Shown here: positions 52,462 to 62,833 of the stretch, one piece after another
Position numbering within the stretch: position 1 is the first letter of the stretch
How the letters are laid out: every line of letters begins with the position of its first letter
NCBI GenBank assembly: GCA_019358915.1
Contig: JAHHIM010000001.1
Coordinates: 128,001-192,000 of the forward strand
DNA: 64,000 nucleotides
From: Trichormus sp. ATA11-4-KO1
GTDB lineage: Bacteria; Cyanobacteriota; Cyanobacteriia; Cyanobacteriales; Nostocaceae
Direction of reading: 5' to 3'
Made by a program: the position numbers and the translations under genes
The notes under the pieces: generated by a model
What the model was told of the DNA's origin: nothing
Seen by the model: only the letters and a program-made list of their open reading frames with translations
Database searches by the model: none

Positions 52462-52920
52462 GTGCAAAATATGTTGAGACTGAAACTTCCGCCTAATTTT
52501 TGGAGCTTCCGTTCCAAGCAACTGCGACGATTCCTTGGTGGCTTGTTAGTCATGACCACGGCGATCGCCGCGATCGCGATTCAACAGCCTGCTATGGGTT
52601 TCTGGAACCAACCCCAAGGTGATAGTGTAATTTTCGGTAAACTTGCCGATACCCATCTATGGAATGGTATACCAGGAAAAGACTTGGTGAATAACGCTAA
52701 AGTCACCATCAACACCCTCCCACCCCAAACCACTCGTACTGATGAACAGGGTAACTTCTGGTTCAAAAACTTACCAGACGCTGATTATCTGCTCAAGGTA
52801 AAGTTACCTTACGAATCCAAGAAAGAGTACACCTTTAGAACTCAGGTTCATGGTAAGACAGGTGCATTCTTAGATGTGGCGATGGATGAGGCGCACAACC
52901 TCAAAGAAATCGATTACTAA
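52462..52920 (+). CDS. secreted carboxypeptidase-regulatory-like (prealbumin-fold) domain protein
   Basis: Signal peptide; NAKVTI...TRTDEQGNFWFKNLPDADYLLKV. Confidence 0.7.
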   Translation: MQNMLRLKLPPNFWSFRSKQLRRFLGGLLVMTTAIAAIAIQQPAMGFWNQPQGDSVIFGKLADTHLWNGIPGKDLVNNAKVTINTLPPQTTRTDEQGNFWFKNLPDADYLLKVKLPYESKKEYTFRTQVHGKTGAFLDVAMDEAHNLKEIDY

Positions 52921-52977
52921 ATGCTTTGAGATGCAATTAGAGTAGGCGATCACGCTTACTCTAATTCATTTCTTTAA

Positions 52978-53049
52978 TTAACGTGAATTTGATGAACCTG
53001 ACCCCAACCCCTCTCCGACACGGAGAGAGGCAAAAATCTCCCTGGTTTT
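52978..53049 (-). mobile_element. truncated copy of the 60141-60342 MITE
   Basis: About 72 bp matching the reverse complement of the MITE's right end, with about 4 mismatches. Confidence 0.8.
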
Positions 53050-54108
53050 CAATGAAGTCAAATGCACCCTAATTTATCGTATCTGGGACTTGCATAGATG
53101 GAAATAAAAACCAAAAATTTCTCTTTTATTAATCTTTACTTAACCTAAATTATTCACAGTGGATGGGAAAGTTAAATTAGTTTAATCAAATTAACTCAAA
53201 AATTAATACATACGTTTGCTTACTTATTTGGAAATAATAATTAATATTTACAACCTTAATTAAAATTTTATTAGTTTTTCTTGATTGTATTGAAGTTTAC
53301 TCGAATATTTTTAATCTTTATAAATCACACACAGTTAATCTAACTATTATTTTGTTGAATCTAATACGAAAAATCGCCCTAATACCCTAAATTCGCAAGA
53401 GATAACTAACTGATTTTCCACCAATGAAAAGGATTTTGGACTTTTAAATAAGTACTCAGATAGAATTAATTACACACATTATTTTCCTATTCTCTGTTTC
53501 CATAAACGAATTTAATTTTGCCCAACTGCTTATATTGACTTTAATCAAGTAACTCTATAGATAAAGATTACCGTCTCTCAGATAAAATATCTAAAGTTAA
53601 GCTATTTTTAGCTAATTTATATTAAATAGTTTAAACATAACTACTAAAAAGTAAATTTTAAACCCCTTGTCGTATAAGGGTTTGATGTTTTTGATATCAT
53701 TTTTTTTCTTTCATTTATTGTGGGTGTGTAATCGCGCAAAGAGCGATTATATCTTGCACCAGCAGCAAAAACCGCCTGATGTTAGAAACATAGGGCTGCA
53801 AATCAAAGGTTTTTTTAGAGGACTAAATCTCTGGGCTATTAGCCAAAAAACAAATTTCTTGGCGGAAGTTTGGGCAAGTGCAATATTAAAGCTAAGTAAT
53901 TTATAACTAACAACACCAATCTAGTGAATTTTTTATTTAAATTTCAAAAAAAAATGAAATGTTTACTTTATTTTCATTTTAAAATAAGGTTAAATGCAGT
54001 TAGTTGATTGCTGGAATAAGTTGTTATTTTCAATTGATTTTTAACTACTTGACTAAGTAATTGCTTTTAAGTAATATAACTCTGTCATAAGATTTACGCA
54101 CTGCAAGT

Positions 54109-54147
54109 TTTAACCGAAACTTAACCTAAATTGTGCTTAAGTATAAT
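54109..54147 (+). promoter_or_regulatory. Pho box and consensus -10
   Basis: TTTAACCG-AAA-CTTAACCT (54109-54127); TATAAT at 54142-54147. Confidence 0.7.
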
Positions 54148-54316
54148 GTTATTTCACTTCAGATACTGAAGAGTAACCACACCTTAAACTCAACAAACTC
54201 TGTTGACTAAATCACTTGCTCTAACAGTAACTGAGATAGTGAAATTGCTCACAGCACAGATGCAAGATGCGTACATCACAAGTACATTGAAGTTTAAATA
54301 ACAGGAATAGAAGTCG

Positions 54317-54739
54317 ATGAAATTCAACAAAAAAGTAGCGATCGCGTTAGTTGCAGTTTCTGCTAGTGTATTTGGCTTCGGTTCTGTAGCCTCTGCTGGT
54401 GAAGGCGGCGCGGCTGGAGCTGTAGCAGCTACACTTGACGCTAATGGTTTGGTAACTGAACTAGCTGCTGCTGGTGCTGTTGGTAAAAATGATGCAGCTG
54501 CTGTAGCTACCGGTAACTTTGGTATTGTCTCAGCTTCTGCTTTGGGTAGCGCTGGTGTAATCGAATTACTCAGTGATAACGGATTTTATTCCTTCTCAGA
54601 CTCCGATTTCTCTGAAAGCGAAGTTTACAACAACGTTACTATCTCAGGTAGCGCAGATACTGCTTTAGGAGAAAGCCAAGCTAACTCTATTGCTACCTTT
54701 ACCGAAACTCCTATCGGATCTATTGAAACCGGATTCTAA
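54317..54739 (+). CDS. secreted Ala/Gly/Ser-rich acidic hypothetical protein
   Basis: Sec signal ending ASA; RBS AGGA; codons biased to GCT/GGT/AAC/TTC. Confidence 0.85.
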   Translation: MKFNKKVAIALVAVSASVFGFGSVASAGEGGAAGAVAATLDANGLVTELAAAGAVGKNDAAAVATGNFGIVSASALGSAGVIELLSDNGFYSFSDSDFSESEVYNNVTISGSADTALGESQANSIATFTETPIGSIETGF

Positions 54740-55021
54740 TTTGTCAATAACTTACAAGTTCAAGAAGATGATTAGGGCTTCAAGAATGTAAACCCATTAA
54801 TATCAGGATTCAGACTGATAAAGGGCTAAAATTCTATCTACCCTAAAATCTTGAGTGTTTATCTGTTAGAGACACGATTGCCGCGTGTCTCTAGCTTATT
54901 ATATCAATGAAAAAAATTTATCAACAGGCTAAACGTCAAATAATAGCAATAGCACGTTAATACGATTCTCTACATAAGAAAAATTCCTAACTTTTAACAG
55001 TAAATTTTGAATCCTTGTTAA

Positions 55022-55216
55022 GTAAGTAGGCAGTCATAAATCAAATCAGATTAAGCAATACAAAATTATTTAAACTAGTTTTTAGTAAGGGCTTTAGCCC
55101 TTTTTATAAAGCCCTGCGGGCATGGCTGCGCTTACCGCGCAACTTCCCGTTGGTGCAGCCTCTCTGCGAGACACTATGCGAACACTACAAATGTGTACTT
55201 ATTTACGCCGACTTAC
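55022..55216. mobile_element. degenerate MITE carrying several nested short dispersed repeats
   Basis: Ends GTAAGTAGGCAGTCATAAAT / ATTTACGCCGACTTAC. Contains 25 bp identical (reverse complement) to cyaB 22788-22812. Confidence 0.6.
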
Positions 55217-55227
55217 AACTATTTATT

Positions 55228-57633
55228 ATGATTCGGCTTAACAAAAACTTAAAGCTTGTATTTGTATTATTGTTTAGCACATCAACAATATTTTTTTCCA
55301 AAACAGCCTGTGCTAGGATACAAGAAAATACAACAAAATTAAATAATTCAAATAGTGCTAGTAAATTAGAATTTTCAAAAACTTCTGAAAAAAAGAATAA
55401 TTCTTTACTAATTGCTGACCTAGAACCTTTAGATATTTCGCCAGAATCAGAAATAGCACCCCTAGCTTATGTTCTGGATGATATCGAAAACACAAAGGTG
55501 GCAGATTTAGTACAAAAGAATATAAAATTTAAGTCTTGTACTCCTCAAATCATCAAACAAGCTAAATTTACAGAAATATCAGATTTAGAACAACAAAATA
55601 ATCATTCTCAACCTTGTAATCCTCATATAATTCAATTAGCAGAATCTACTACTAAACAAATTGACCCACAACCTCAAGTTGATGAACTTGATATTAACCC
55701 AATATCTCCAATTCAAAAGCCTCCACAAGCAGACAAAAACTATATCATCCCGCCTAGACTTGCTGATAAGAAAAAAATACGCCCACTAACAACTACAATT
55801 CCACTAAATGGTATACTAATCAACCATTTAACTGAAAGACAATTAACTGTAGGTGCAGGCTTTGGTGATAATCAAAATACTACTTTTAATGTGAATGGGA
55901 TTATCAACCTTAATAGCCAAATTAAAGAAAATTTGACAACAAATAATATTTTCACCGTAGACCAAACTGGAGAGTACTTGCAACTACAAACAGTGAGAAA
56001 AAGCAGAGAAATCACTGTTAGTGTCAGAGAACCCCAGACTGTATTGGGTACAGAACTACAATTAAGCTTAACTGCTTCCTGTATTTTGCCGGGTACTAAC
56101 CCAGAAGATATATGCACATATACTCCTGGCTTAGTATCTGCCGATATCAATCCTGATACCTTCACACCAACTCGGATTAACCAAACTAGTAACGTTGGTG
56201 ATGTAGTGACAGCCGAAACATTAGCAGCAATTCAACAGCCTGGTTTTCAATCAGGAGCAAATGGTCAAGAGATTGGGATAGATTTATTATTACCTAATAC
56301 AGGTTCATTTGTGGGTAATAGTACAGGAAACCAACTTTCTATTACTAGAAGAGAAGAAATAGAAAATACACCCACAGCAATTTATTCTAGAATTAGGCAA
56401 ATTGTCAAAGTCAACGACCGCGAAGCTGTTTTAGGGCGCACAATACGCGGTTTTGGAATAATTCTCAATGACGATAATACTTTATTAAATACAGCCTTGC
56501 AAATAGGATATAATTTGTTTCCAGATGTTGAACCTAGTATTGCAGGCTCATCGAATCGAGTTAACTCAAATGTAAACAACAATTTGTTTTTAGCTGCGAA
56601 TAATATCCGGCTACCTGCTAATAGTTTTACTGCTTATTATGGAGGAATCGGACGCGCGCAAAGTGTTCCTCCCAAAGCAACAAATTTAAGGCAAGTACCT
56701 GCTGCTAATTTTAATGGTATCTGGCTAGGTGCGTCGCCTGTAATCAAACGTAGTTCTAATATTAATACTCGGTTTGAACAAGTTGGCCCTCCAACAATTG
56801 TATCTGAGGGCGGTGGAGAAGGGGGATTTGACTCTAATATAAGTTTTGTTTCTAATATTAATAATCAAAATTTTTCTACAGCAAATTTGCAAAATTTTCA
56901 TACTCAAGTCTACGTTACAATTTTAAACCAAGAAGTTAATAATGTAACAGCTAGTAGATTTAGGGAAGAAACCAATTATGCACCGCATCTTAGTTTCACT
57001 GGAAATATTACTAGGACAAGCGATGTTTTAAGATATTACACAGGTGTAATAGGTGCAGATGAAATTAAAATTTATGGCGGGGCAGATTTTACCAGAAATA
57101 CTGCAAATGGCTGGACTTTTTCTGGAGGTTTAACGGGTTATATTAATCCAGATGCTGACTACTATAGTCAAGTAATAGGTAGTGTTACTAGACGTATATC
57201 TTTTAGTAGAAATAATAACTTGATGCTATCAACTGCGTTTAATTATGCTTTGGATAGAGAAACTCGTCCCAATGATTTTGTAAATTCACTTACATTCAGA
57301 GCAAGAGTGAATTTAGGTAATGTTTGGTTTGGTTTAACCAACTTTTTTGGAGATATTATACCTGATTCTATTAATAATACTCTGGTAACAAGTTTCGGCA
57401 TTCAAGTTAATAGAAACTTGGCGTTATCAGGCTATTATACTCCTATAAATGAAAATGCCGGACGCTCTGTCTATGGTGCCTCAGCAAGATTTACACTCGG
57501 TAAAAATCAGAATAGCCCAGTACTCAGCTTGTCTTGGAGAAATAATCAGTTTGACAATGGCACAGATATTTTTGGCAATGGATTAGGGACAAGTGAGAAT
57601 GTGTTCAGCGTGTTTTTGCAAGGTAATTTTTGA
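55228..57633 (+). CDS. hypothetical outer-membrane protein with C-terminal beta-barrel
   Basis: Signal peptide after ATG 55228; amphipathic strands in the C-terminal ~220 aa; ends VFSVFLQGNF (BAM-type terminal Phe). Confidence 0.75.
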   Translation: MIRLNKNLKLVFVLLFSTSTIFFSKTACARIQENTTKLNNSNSASKLEFSKTSEKKNNSLLIADLEPLDISPESEIAPLAYVLDDIENTKVADLVQKNIKFKSCTPQIIKQAKFTEISDLEQQNNHSQPCNPHIIQLAESTTKQIDPQPQVDELDINPISPIQKPPQADKNYIIPPRLADKKKIRPLTTTIPLNGILINHLTERQLTVGAGFGDNQNTTFNVNGIINLNSQIKENLTTNNIFTVDQTGEYLQLQTVRKSREITVSVREPQTVLGTELQLSLTASCILPGTNPEDICTYTPGLVSADINPDTFTPTRINQTSNVGDVVTAETLAAIQQPGFQSGANGQEIGIDLLLPNTGSFVGNSTGNQLSITRREEIENTPTAIYSRIRQIVKVNDREAVLGRTIRGFGIILNDDNTLLNTALQIGYNLFPDVEPSIAGSSNRVNSNVNNNLFLAANNIRLPANSFTAYYGGIGRAQSVPPKATNLRQVPAANFNGIWLGASPVIKRSSNINTRFEQVGPPTIVSEGGGEGGFDSNISFVSNINNQNFSTANLQNFHTQVYVTILNQEVNNVTASRFREETNYAPHLSFTGNITRTSDVLRYYTGVIGADEIKIYGGADFTRNTANGWTFSGGLTGYINPDADYYSQVIGSVTRRISFSRNNNLMLSTAFNYALDRETRPNDFVNSLTFRARVNLGNVWFGLTNFFGDIIPDSINNTLVTSFGIQVNRNLALSGYYTPINENAGRSVYGASARFTLGKNQNSPVLSLSWRNNQFDNGTDIFGNGLGTSENVFSVFLQGNF

Positions 57634-57850
57634 TGTGGACTTCCTGAAAATGATTTGCTGAATGTGAGTTTTAGGTGTTGCACAAGGATAAATCATATAG
57701 GAGAAATTAGAAAGTTAGTTGAGTATTTTTTGTTACTTAGCAAAATTATTTGAGATTAATGAGAAAATAGGATAATTTTTAAAGCAAATATACATAGGTT
57801 AGTTAGATATAATAATGACTCATTCTTTGTTTTTCTAACTGGAGAAACCA

Positions 57851-59053
57851 ATGGGTCGCGCCAAAAAGGTTGTTCTGGCATATTCTGGCGGAGTAGATAC
57901 CTCAGTTTGCATTCCCTATCTCAAAAATGAGTGGGGTGTAGAAGAGGTAATTACCCTCGCAGCAGATTTAGGTCAGGGAGATGAATTAGAGCCAATCCGA
58001 GAAAAAGCTCTAAAATCGGGTGCTAGTGAGTCCTTAGTGGCTGATGTTAAAGATAGTTTTGTGAAAGATTACGCCTTTCTGGCGATTCAAGCAAATGCCC
58101 TCTATGAAAATCGCTATCCTCTAGGAACTGCCCTTGCTCGTCCATTAATTGCCAAAGTATTAGTAGAAGCTGCCCATAAATACGGTGCTGATGCGATCGC
58201 TCACGGTTGCACTGGTAAGGGTAATGATCAAGTCCGCTTTGATGTCTCCTGTGCTGCACTTGATCCCCATCTCAAGATCCTTGCACCAGCAAGAGAATGG
58301 GGAATGAGCCGTGAGGAAACCATCGCCTACGGTGAGCAATTTGGCATCCCCGTACCAGTGAAAAAATCTTCTCCCTATAGCATTGATAAAAATTTACTTG
58401 GGCGCAGTATAGAAGCTGGTGTACTGGAAGATCCAGCAGCTGAGCCACCAGAAGAAATTTATGAAATGACCAAGGCGATCGCTAATACCCCCAATGAGCC
58501 AGAGTATATCGAAATCGGTTTTCAAGGAGGTATTCCTACAAGTCTCAACGGTACATCTAAAAATCCAGTAGAACTGATTGCAACGCTCAATCAGATGGCT
58601 GGAAATCATGGCATTGGGCGGATCGACATGATAGAAAACCGCTTGGTAGGGATTAAATCCAGGGAAATCTATGAATCACCCGCGATGTTAGTGCTAATTC
58701 AGGCACACCGGGATTTAGAAAGCCTGACTTTGACAGCAGATGTCAGCCACTACAAGCGGGGTATTGAAGAAACTTATACCCAAATTGTTTACAACGGTCT
58801 TTGGTACAGTCCACTCAAAGGCGCACTCGATGCCTTTATTCAAAAGACACAAGAACGAGTTGTGGGAACTGTACGAGTGAAACTTTTCAAAGGTAACGCC
58901 ACCATAGTCGGGCGTTGGAGCGATAATTCACTTTACAGCCCTGACTTAGCAACCTACGGATCTGAAGACCAATTTGATCACAAGGCGGCTGAAGGCTTTA
59001 TTTACGTTTGGGGATTACCAACTCGCATTTGGGCACAGCAAGTGAGAAGTTAG
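57851..59053 (+). CDS. argG: argininosuccinate synthase
   Basis: [23 protein letters not shown] and GIKSREIYE motifs. Confidence 0.97.
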   Translation: MGRAKKVVLAYSGGVDTSVCIPYLKNEWGVEEVITLAADLGQGDELEPIREKALKSGASESLVADVKDSFVKDYAFLAIQANALYENRYPLGTALARPLIAKVLVEAAHKYGADAIAHGCTGKGNDQVRFDVSCAALDPHLKILAPAREWGMSREETIAYGEQFGIPVPVKKSSPYSIDKNLLGRSIEAGVLEDPAAEPPEEIYEMTKAIANTPNEPEYIEIGFQGGIPTSLNGTSKNPVELIATLNQMAGNHGIGRIDMIENRLVGIKSREIYESPAMLVLIQAHRDLESLTLTADVSHYKRGIEETYTQIVYNGLWYSPLKGALDAFIQKTQERVVGTVRVKLFKGNATIVGRWSDNSLYSPDLATYGSEDQFDHKAAEGFIYVWGLPTRIWAQQVRS

Positions 59054-59325
59054 GGAGTGAGGGAGTGGGGAGTGGGGTAGGGCTGTTTCATTCGCTTGTG
59101 TTGGAGATTTGTCAAGAGGATAATCTCACGCAAAGGCGCAAAGACGCAAAGAAAAATCAGGTATTTCGGACTGAAGATGCCAAAATTTTTGGTCTTAATT
59201 GTGGATTTGCCCTTGCAATTTTAACCCTTTTAGGGAACGAATCAGCCCTGGGGGGATGGGGGGATGGGGGGATGGAGAGAAAGTTTGGCTTTAATTTTTC
59301 TTGTCCCCTTGTCCCCTTGTCCCGA

Positions 59326-59955
59326 TTATTCTTCGGCTACATGCTTAACTTGGCGAGATTCCCACCACAGGGGTATGGCAATTAAAGCCACAAGGATTAG
59401 TAAGGCCGCGATCGCAAACTCACTTACCCAAGCAACCAATTGTTCCAGGGAGACAACTCTGCCAGCAAAAAAAGCTAACGTCACCATTACACTCGCCCAA
59501 GCGCTTGCTCCTGCTAAGTTATACACAAAGAATTTTCTGAAAGGCATTTCTGCTATACCTGCTAGTGGTGCAGCAAAAATCCGCAGCAATGCGAAAAAGC
59601 GACCAAAAAATACAGCCTTAGTGGCGTTTTGACTAAATTGTTCTTTAATATTCAGCAATCGTGCTTCGGAAATCCGAAAGATTTTACCTACTTGCAGTAA
59701 GAAAGGCCAGCCACCCAGTTTACCAATCCAATATCCACAAGCACCCCCAATGACAGCACCTGCAACAGCATCACCAAGAACTAACCAGTAACTCAGTTCA
59801 TCACTGCCAGCAAGAAACCCACCCACCAGGGTTACGGTTTCACCAGGAAGGGGAATGCCCAAATTTTCTAGCAAAATTCCCAAAAAAATTGCCCAGTAAC
59901 CATACTGGTGGGCAAATTCTTGGATGTTTTCTAGTGAAATCAGCTCAAGAGACAT
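59326..59955 (-). CDS. dedA: DedA family membrane protein
   Basis: LENLGIPLPGE, AVFFGRF and PLAGIAEMPFRKF motifs. Confidence 0.92.
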   Translation of the reverse strand: MSLELISLENIQEFAHQYGYWAIFLGILLENLGIPLPGETVTLVGGFLAGSDELSYWLVLGDAVAGAVIGGACGYWIGKLGGWPFLLQVGKIFRISEARLLNIKEQFSQNATKAVFFGRFFALLRIFAAPLAGIAEMPFRKFFVYNLAGASAWASVMVTLAFFAGRVVSLEQLVAWVSEFAIAALLILVALIAIPLWWESRQVKHVAEE

Positions 59956-60140
59956 CCCGCACCGCCACCTTTACAATTTTTTACCTTTCATATATCTTGA
60001 CTCTTCTATGGTTGAGGTGTCAATCAAGAAAGTGCTGAGTGCCTTTCTGAGTGCTGAGTGCTGAGTAGGGGAGCAGTAATATTAATTTTTGGAGTTACCT
60101 AACATAAGTTTTTTCTCCTCTGCCCCATGCTCAACTTAAA

Positions 60141-60342
60141 TAACGTGAGTTCGACAAGTGGAAAAAACCCCTCTCCAAACCTCTCCCCTGCCAGGAGGAG
60201 CCACTGCGTTGCGCGGGTTCCCCGCGTTGTAGCAAGTGGCGTAGAGGCTTTGAAACCTTGATTTTTAGTTCAAAACTAGGGAGATTTTTGCCCCTCTCCG
60301 TGTCGGAGAGGGGTTGGGGTGAGGTTCATCGAATTCACGTTA
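60141..60342. mobile_element. MITE with REP-like hairpins and a nested 45-bp element
   Basis: TIRs TAACGTGAGTTCGA / TCGAATTCACGTTA; CCCCTCTCC...GGAGAGGGG hairpin; insert at 60198-60242. Confidence 0.8.
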
Positions 60343-60714
60343 AAGACTTAATTTTTCGTGTCTAGACTATCTATCTATTTAGATATTGACTATTGACTGT
60401 TCACCAGTTATTACCACAAATGCATACTTGCTCATACTAATCAATAAATTTTTATAAAAAATTTATAAGAATCCTATTTAAATATAAAATTTTCGTAAAA
60501 GATACGGTTGATACCGAAATCCTGAGGCGGTTATGCCTATATTTAGGAAAGTTAACATAAATTATACGACATGAATACTGAGGTCAATTATCTGCACAGC
60601 AGGGCTGTAAGTTACCAAATTTGTGAATAAAATGGCAATCTTGCTGTAGAAATTGAACTAGTATTGATGTTAAATTTCTGTTCTGTTGCGTGTTTCAACT
60701 ACTTAGTTAAATTC

Positions 60715-61068
60715 ATGACTATCTCACAAGAATTGCAAGTGGTTTTATTCAAGCCCCACGGCAGCATAGACTTGCAGGGTGGAATGACTTTGAGCGAGCA
60801 GATGGTTGAAGTAATGCCCCAACCTAATCAACTGTGGGTGATTGATTTATCAGAAGTGGATTTCATGGATAGCTCAGGATTAGTCCCTCTAATCAATGGA
60901 CTAACATCTGCACGTCAAAATGGTTGTCGCCTAGTTCTGTGCAACGTGCAAGCTCCGGTAAAATTAATTTTGGAACTGACCCAACTAGACTCTGTGTTTG
61001 AAATTTTCGATACTTACGAGGATATTTTTACCAACACTAATGATGCAAATCTAGCGATCGCCAGCTAA
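60715..61068 (+). CDS. STAS-domain anti-sigma factor antagonist
   Basis: IDLSEVDFMDSSGL motif. Confidence 0.9.
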   Translation: MTISQELQVVLFKPHGSIDLQGGMTLSEQMVEVMPQPNQLWVIDLSEVDFMDSSGLVPLINGLTSARQNGCRLVLCNVQAPVKLILELTQLDSVFEIFDTYEDIFTNTNDANLAIAS

Positions 61069-61446
61069 TTTACCCACCTAATATGGTGATCGCCGGAAAT
61101 AGTTGTAATTTTCATAATTATCCCCAGTTCCTTATTATCGCCTGCGATCGCCGTCTCATGCTATCAGAATAGAAATGTAGTGAGGTCAAGTAATAAGCAG
61201 TATCGATAGCATGGTGCTGACGCTAGCTCAAGCAGCAATCACAAATTGCACACACCAAAACTCATGAAAAAGAGGTTAGGAACTGGGGACTAGTATTTTT
61301 TTATCAGCACAGACTATAAGCCCGACTATACCCGTAGGGCTTTACAGCAATTAGTTTAATAAATGTTACCAGAATAAACCACTTACTTTAGGAAGTGGTT
61401 TATTATTTTGAGTATTTTGTGCCCTTTACAGTGGGCAATCTCCAAA

Positions 61447-62007
61447 TTAAGCGTTTTGCACAGTAGAAATATTATTTTGGTCAGATTCTGGGCGAGGAAA
61501 ATTCGGCAAATCAATGCCACTATGACTAGCAGTGCGGGTTTTTATTGCCAAACGGTAGCTCACACTTTGCAGTTCCGCCTGAAGCTTGCGGTTTTCCCGT
61601 TGTAACATTGCCACTTTTTCTCTGACTGGAGCCATGCGCTCCTCAAACTTACGACGGTAAATTTGAGGTAATTCCTGTACTACTTGCTCCAACATCCGAC
61701 TGCGATCGGTTAGTTCTTGCACTGACTGCCTTAGTTGGTAAATTTCGGCATCACGAGTGGTAATTTGCTCTTGGTAGAATGTTACCTGCTGCTCAACAGC
61801 TTGCAATTGTTCTCGTAACGCCTGCAACTGACTTGTGTCTTGTTCAGGCTCAGAGCGTTGGGGCATAAAGTTAGTATTGCCCTTCACTAGCCGAAAGAGT
61901 TCTTGAGATAGCTGCTGCACTAATTGATCACGAAGCTGCAACTCTTGGCGCAGCTGTGATACTTCGGTAGAGAGAGCTTGGATGTTGGGTGTGTCAGTTT
62001 GGCTCAC
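61447..62007 (-). CDS. conserved cyanobacterial coiled-coil protein
   Basis: Gln/Glu-rich heptads; GTG start after GGAG. Confidence 0.8.
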   Translation of the reverse strand: MSQTDTPNIQALSTEVSQLRQELQLRDQLVQQLSQELFRLVKGNTNFMPQRSEPEQDTSQLQALREQLQAVEQQVTFYQEQITTRDAEIYQLRQSVQELTDRSRMLEQVVQELPQIYRRKFEERMAPVREKVAMLQRENRKLQAELQSVSYRLAIKTRTASHSGIDLPNFPRPESDQNNISTVQNA

Positions 62008-62203
62008 AGTGGCTTACAGCTCCCATTGACGAAATGCTTGTCGAATCTTAGGTATAACTGCGATAGTACTGCTTTTAGCAGGTACTTGTTAATTTAGCAT
62101 TCCCAACCAAATCTCGAAAAAGGCAAAAGGTAAAAAATTTTTTTGGATTTACTTTTATGAGTACTGAGTACTGAGTTAGAAAACTCAACACTCAGTACTT
62201 TCC

Positions 62204-62551
62204 TTAGGCTGTTACAGCGACTGTTTCTGCTGTTTCTGCTGTTTCTGCCTTTTCTTCTGGTAGATCCTGCTTAATAGTCAAGTAACGGATTACTTCCTCG
62301 CTTAAACGCATAGCACGTTCCATCGGAGCGATCGCGCTTCCAGGACAGGTGTAGTTCATTTGAATATAAATGCCGTCCCGGTGCTTTTTAATTTCATAAG
62401 CTAGACGACGTTTACCACGATTTTGGATTTCGATATTCTCGGCACCTTGTTCTTGGAGCAAGTTCTGGTATTTAGCTATCGCTTGCTCTACCTGCTCATC
62501 TCCTAAATCAGGACGCAGGATGTAGATTGTTTCGTAAACTACTGTGGACAT
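62204..62551 (-). CDS. rpsF: 30S ribosomal protein S6
   Basis: [11 protein letters not shown] and GKRRLAYEI motifs. Confidence 0.97.
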   Translation of the reverse strand: MSTVVYETIYILRPDLGDEQVEQAIAKYQNLLQEQGAENIEIQNRGKRRLAYEIKKHRDGIYIQMNYTCPGSAIAPMERAMRLSEEVIRYLTIKQDLPEEKAETAETAETVAVTA

Positions 62552-62652
62552 AATTTTAAGTCTCCTTATGGACTAAAGGGCTGCTGATGAAAATTTATAC
62601 CAAAAATTTAATAGACGTTCTCAGTACTAATCAACATCGAAGCAACAAGGAA
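62552..62652 (-). ncRNA. S6:S18-binding rpsF leader RNA
   Basis: Minus strand TCCTTG-TTGCT...AGCAG-CCC-TTTAGTCCATAAGGAG, sequestering the SD; extended -10 TGGTAAGAT upstream. Confidence 0.6.
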
Positions 62653-62833
62653 CTATAATCTTACCAGTTTTCAATTTAAATCATCAGCGAAATCCGTCAA
62701 AATTAGTTACCGCTTAACTTTAGGACATAAACTAAACATAAAACACGGACATCAAGAGAATTTTCCCCTGTCCCCTGCTATAGCTATCTGCTAACAGCTT
62801 TCAATCGCAGACAAAAGGATATTAATCAAGGTT

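Noticed and set aside
53667..53906. 79-aa ORF in the AT-rich gap
   Set aside because: TTG start, no RBS, poly-T-derived Phe run, no recognisable motif.
55150..55227. Upstream TTG start of the outer-membrane protein
   Set aside because: Lies inside a MITE; the signal peptide begins at ATG 55228.
59008..59632. ORFs 59008-59385 and 59264-59632 (+)
   Set aside because: Made of heptamer/octamer tandem repeats or antisense to dedA.
61157..61215. ATGCTATC/GATAGCAT inverted repeat after the STAS gene as an sRNA
   Set aside because: Only 8 bp, with no promoter or family evidence.
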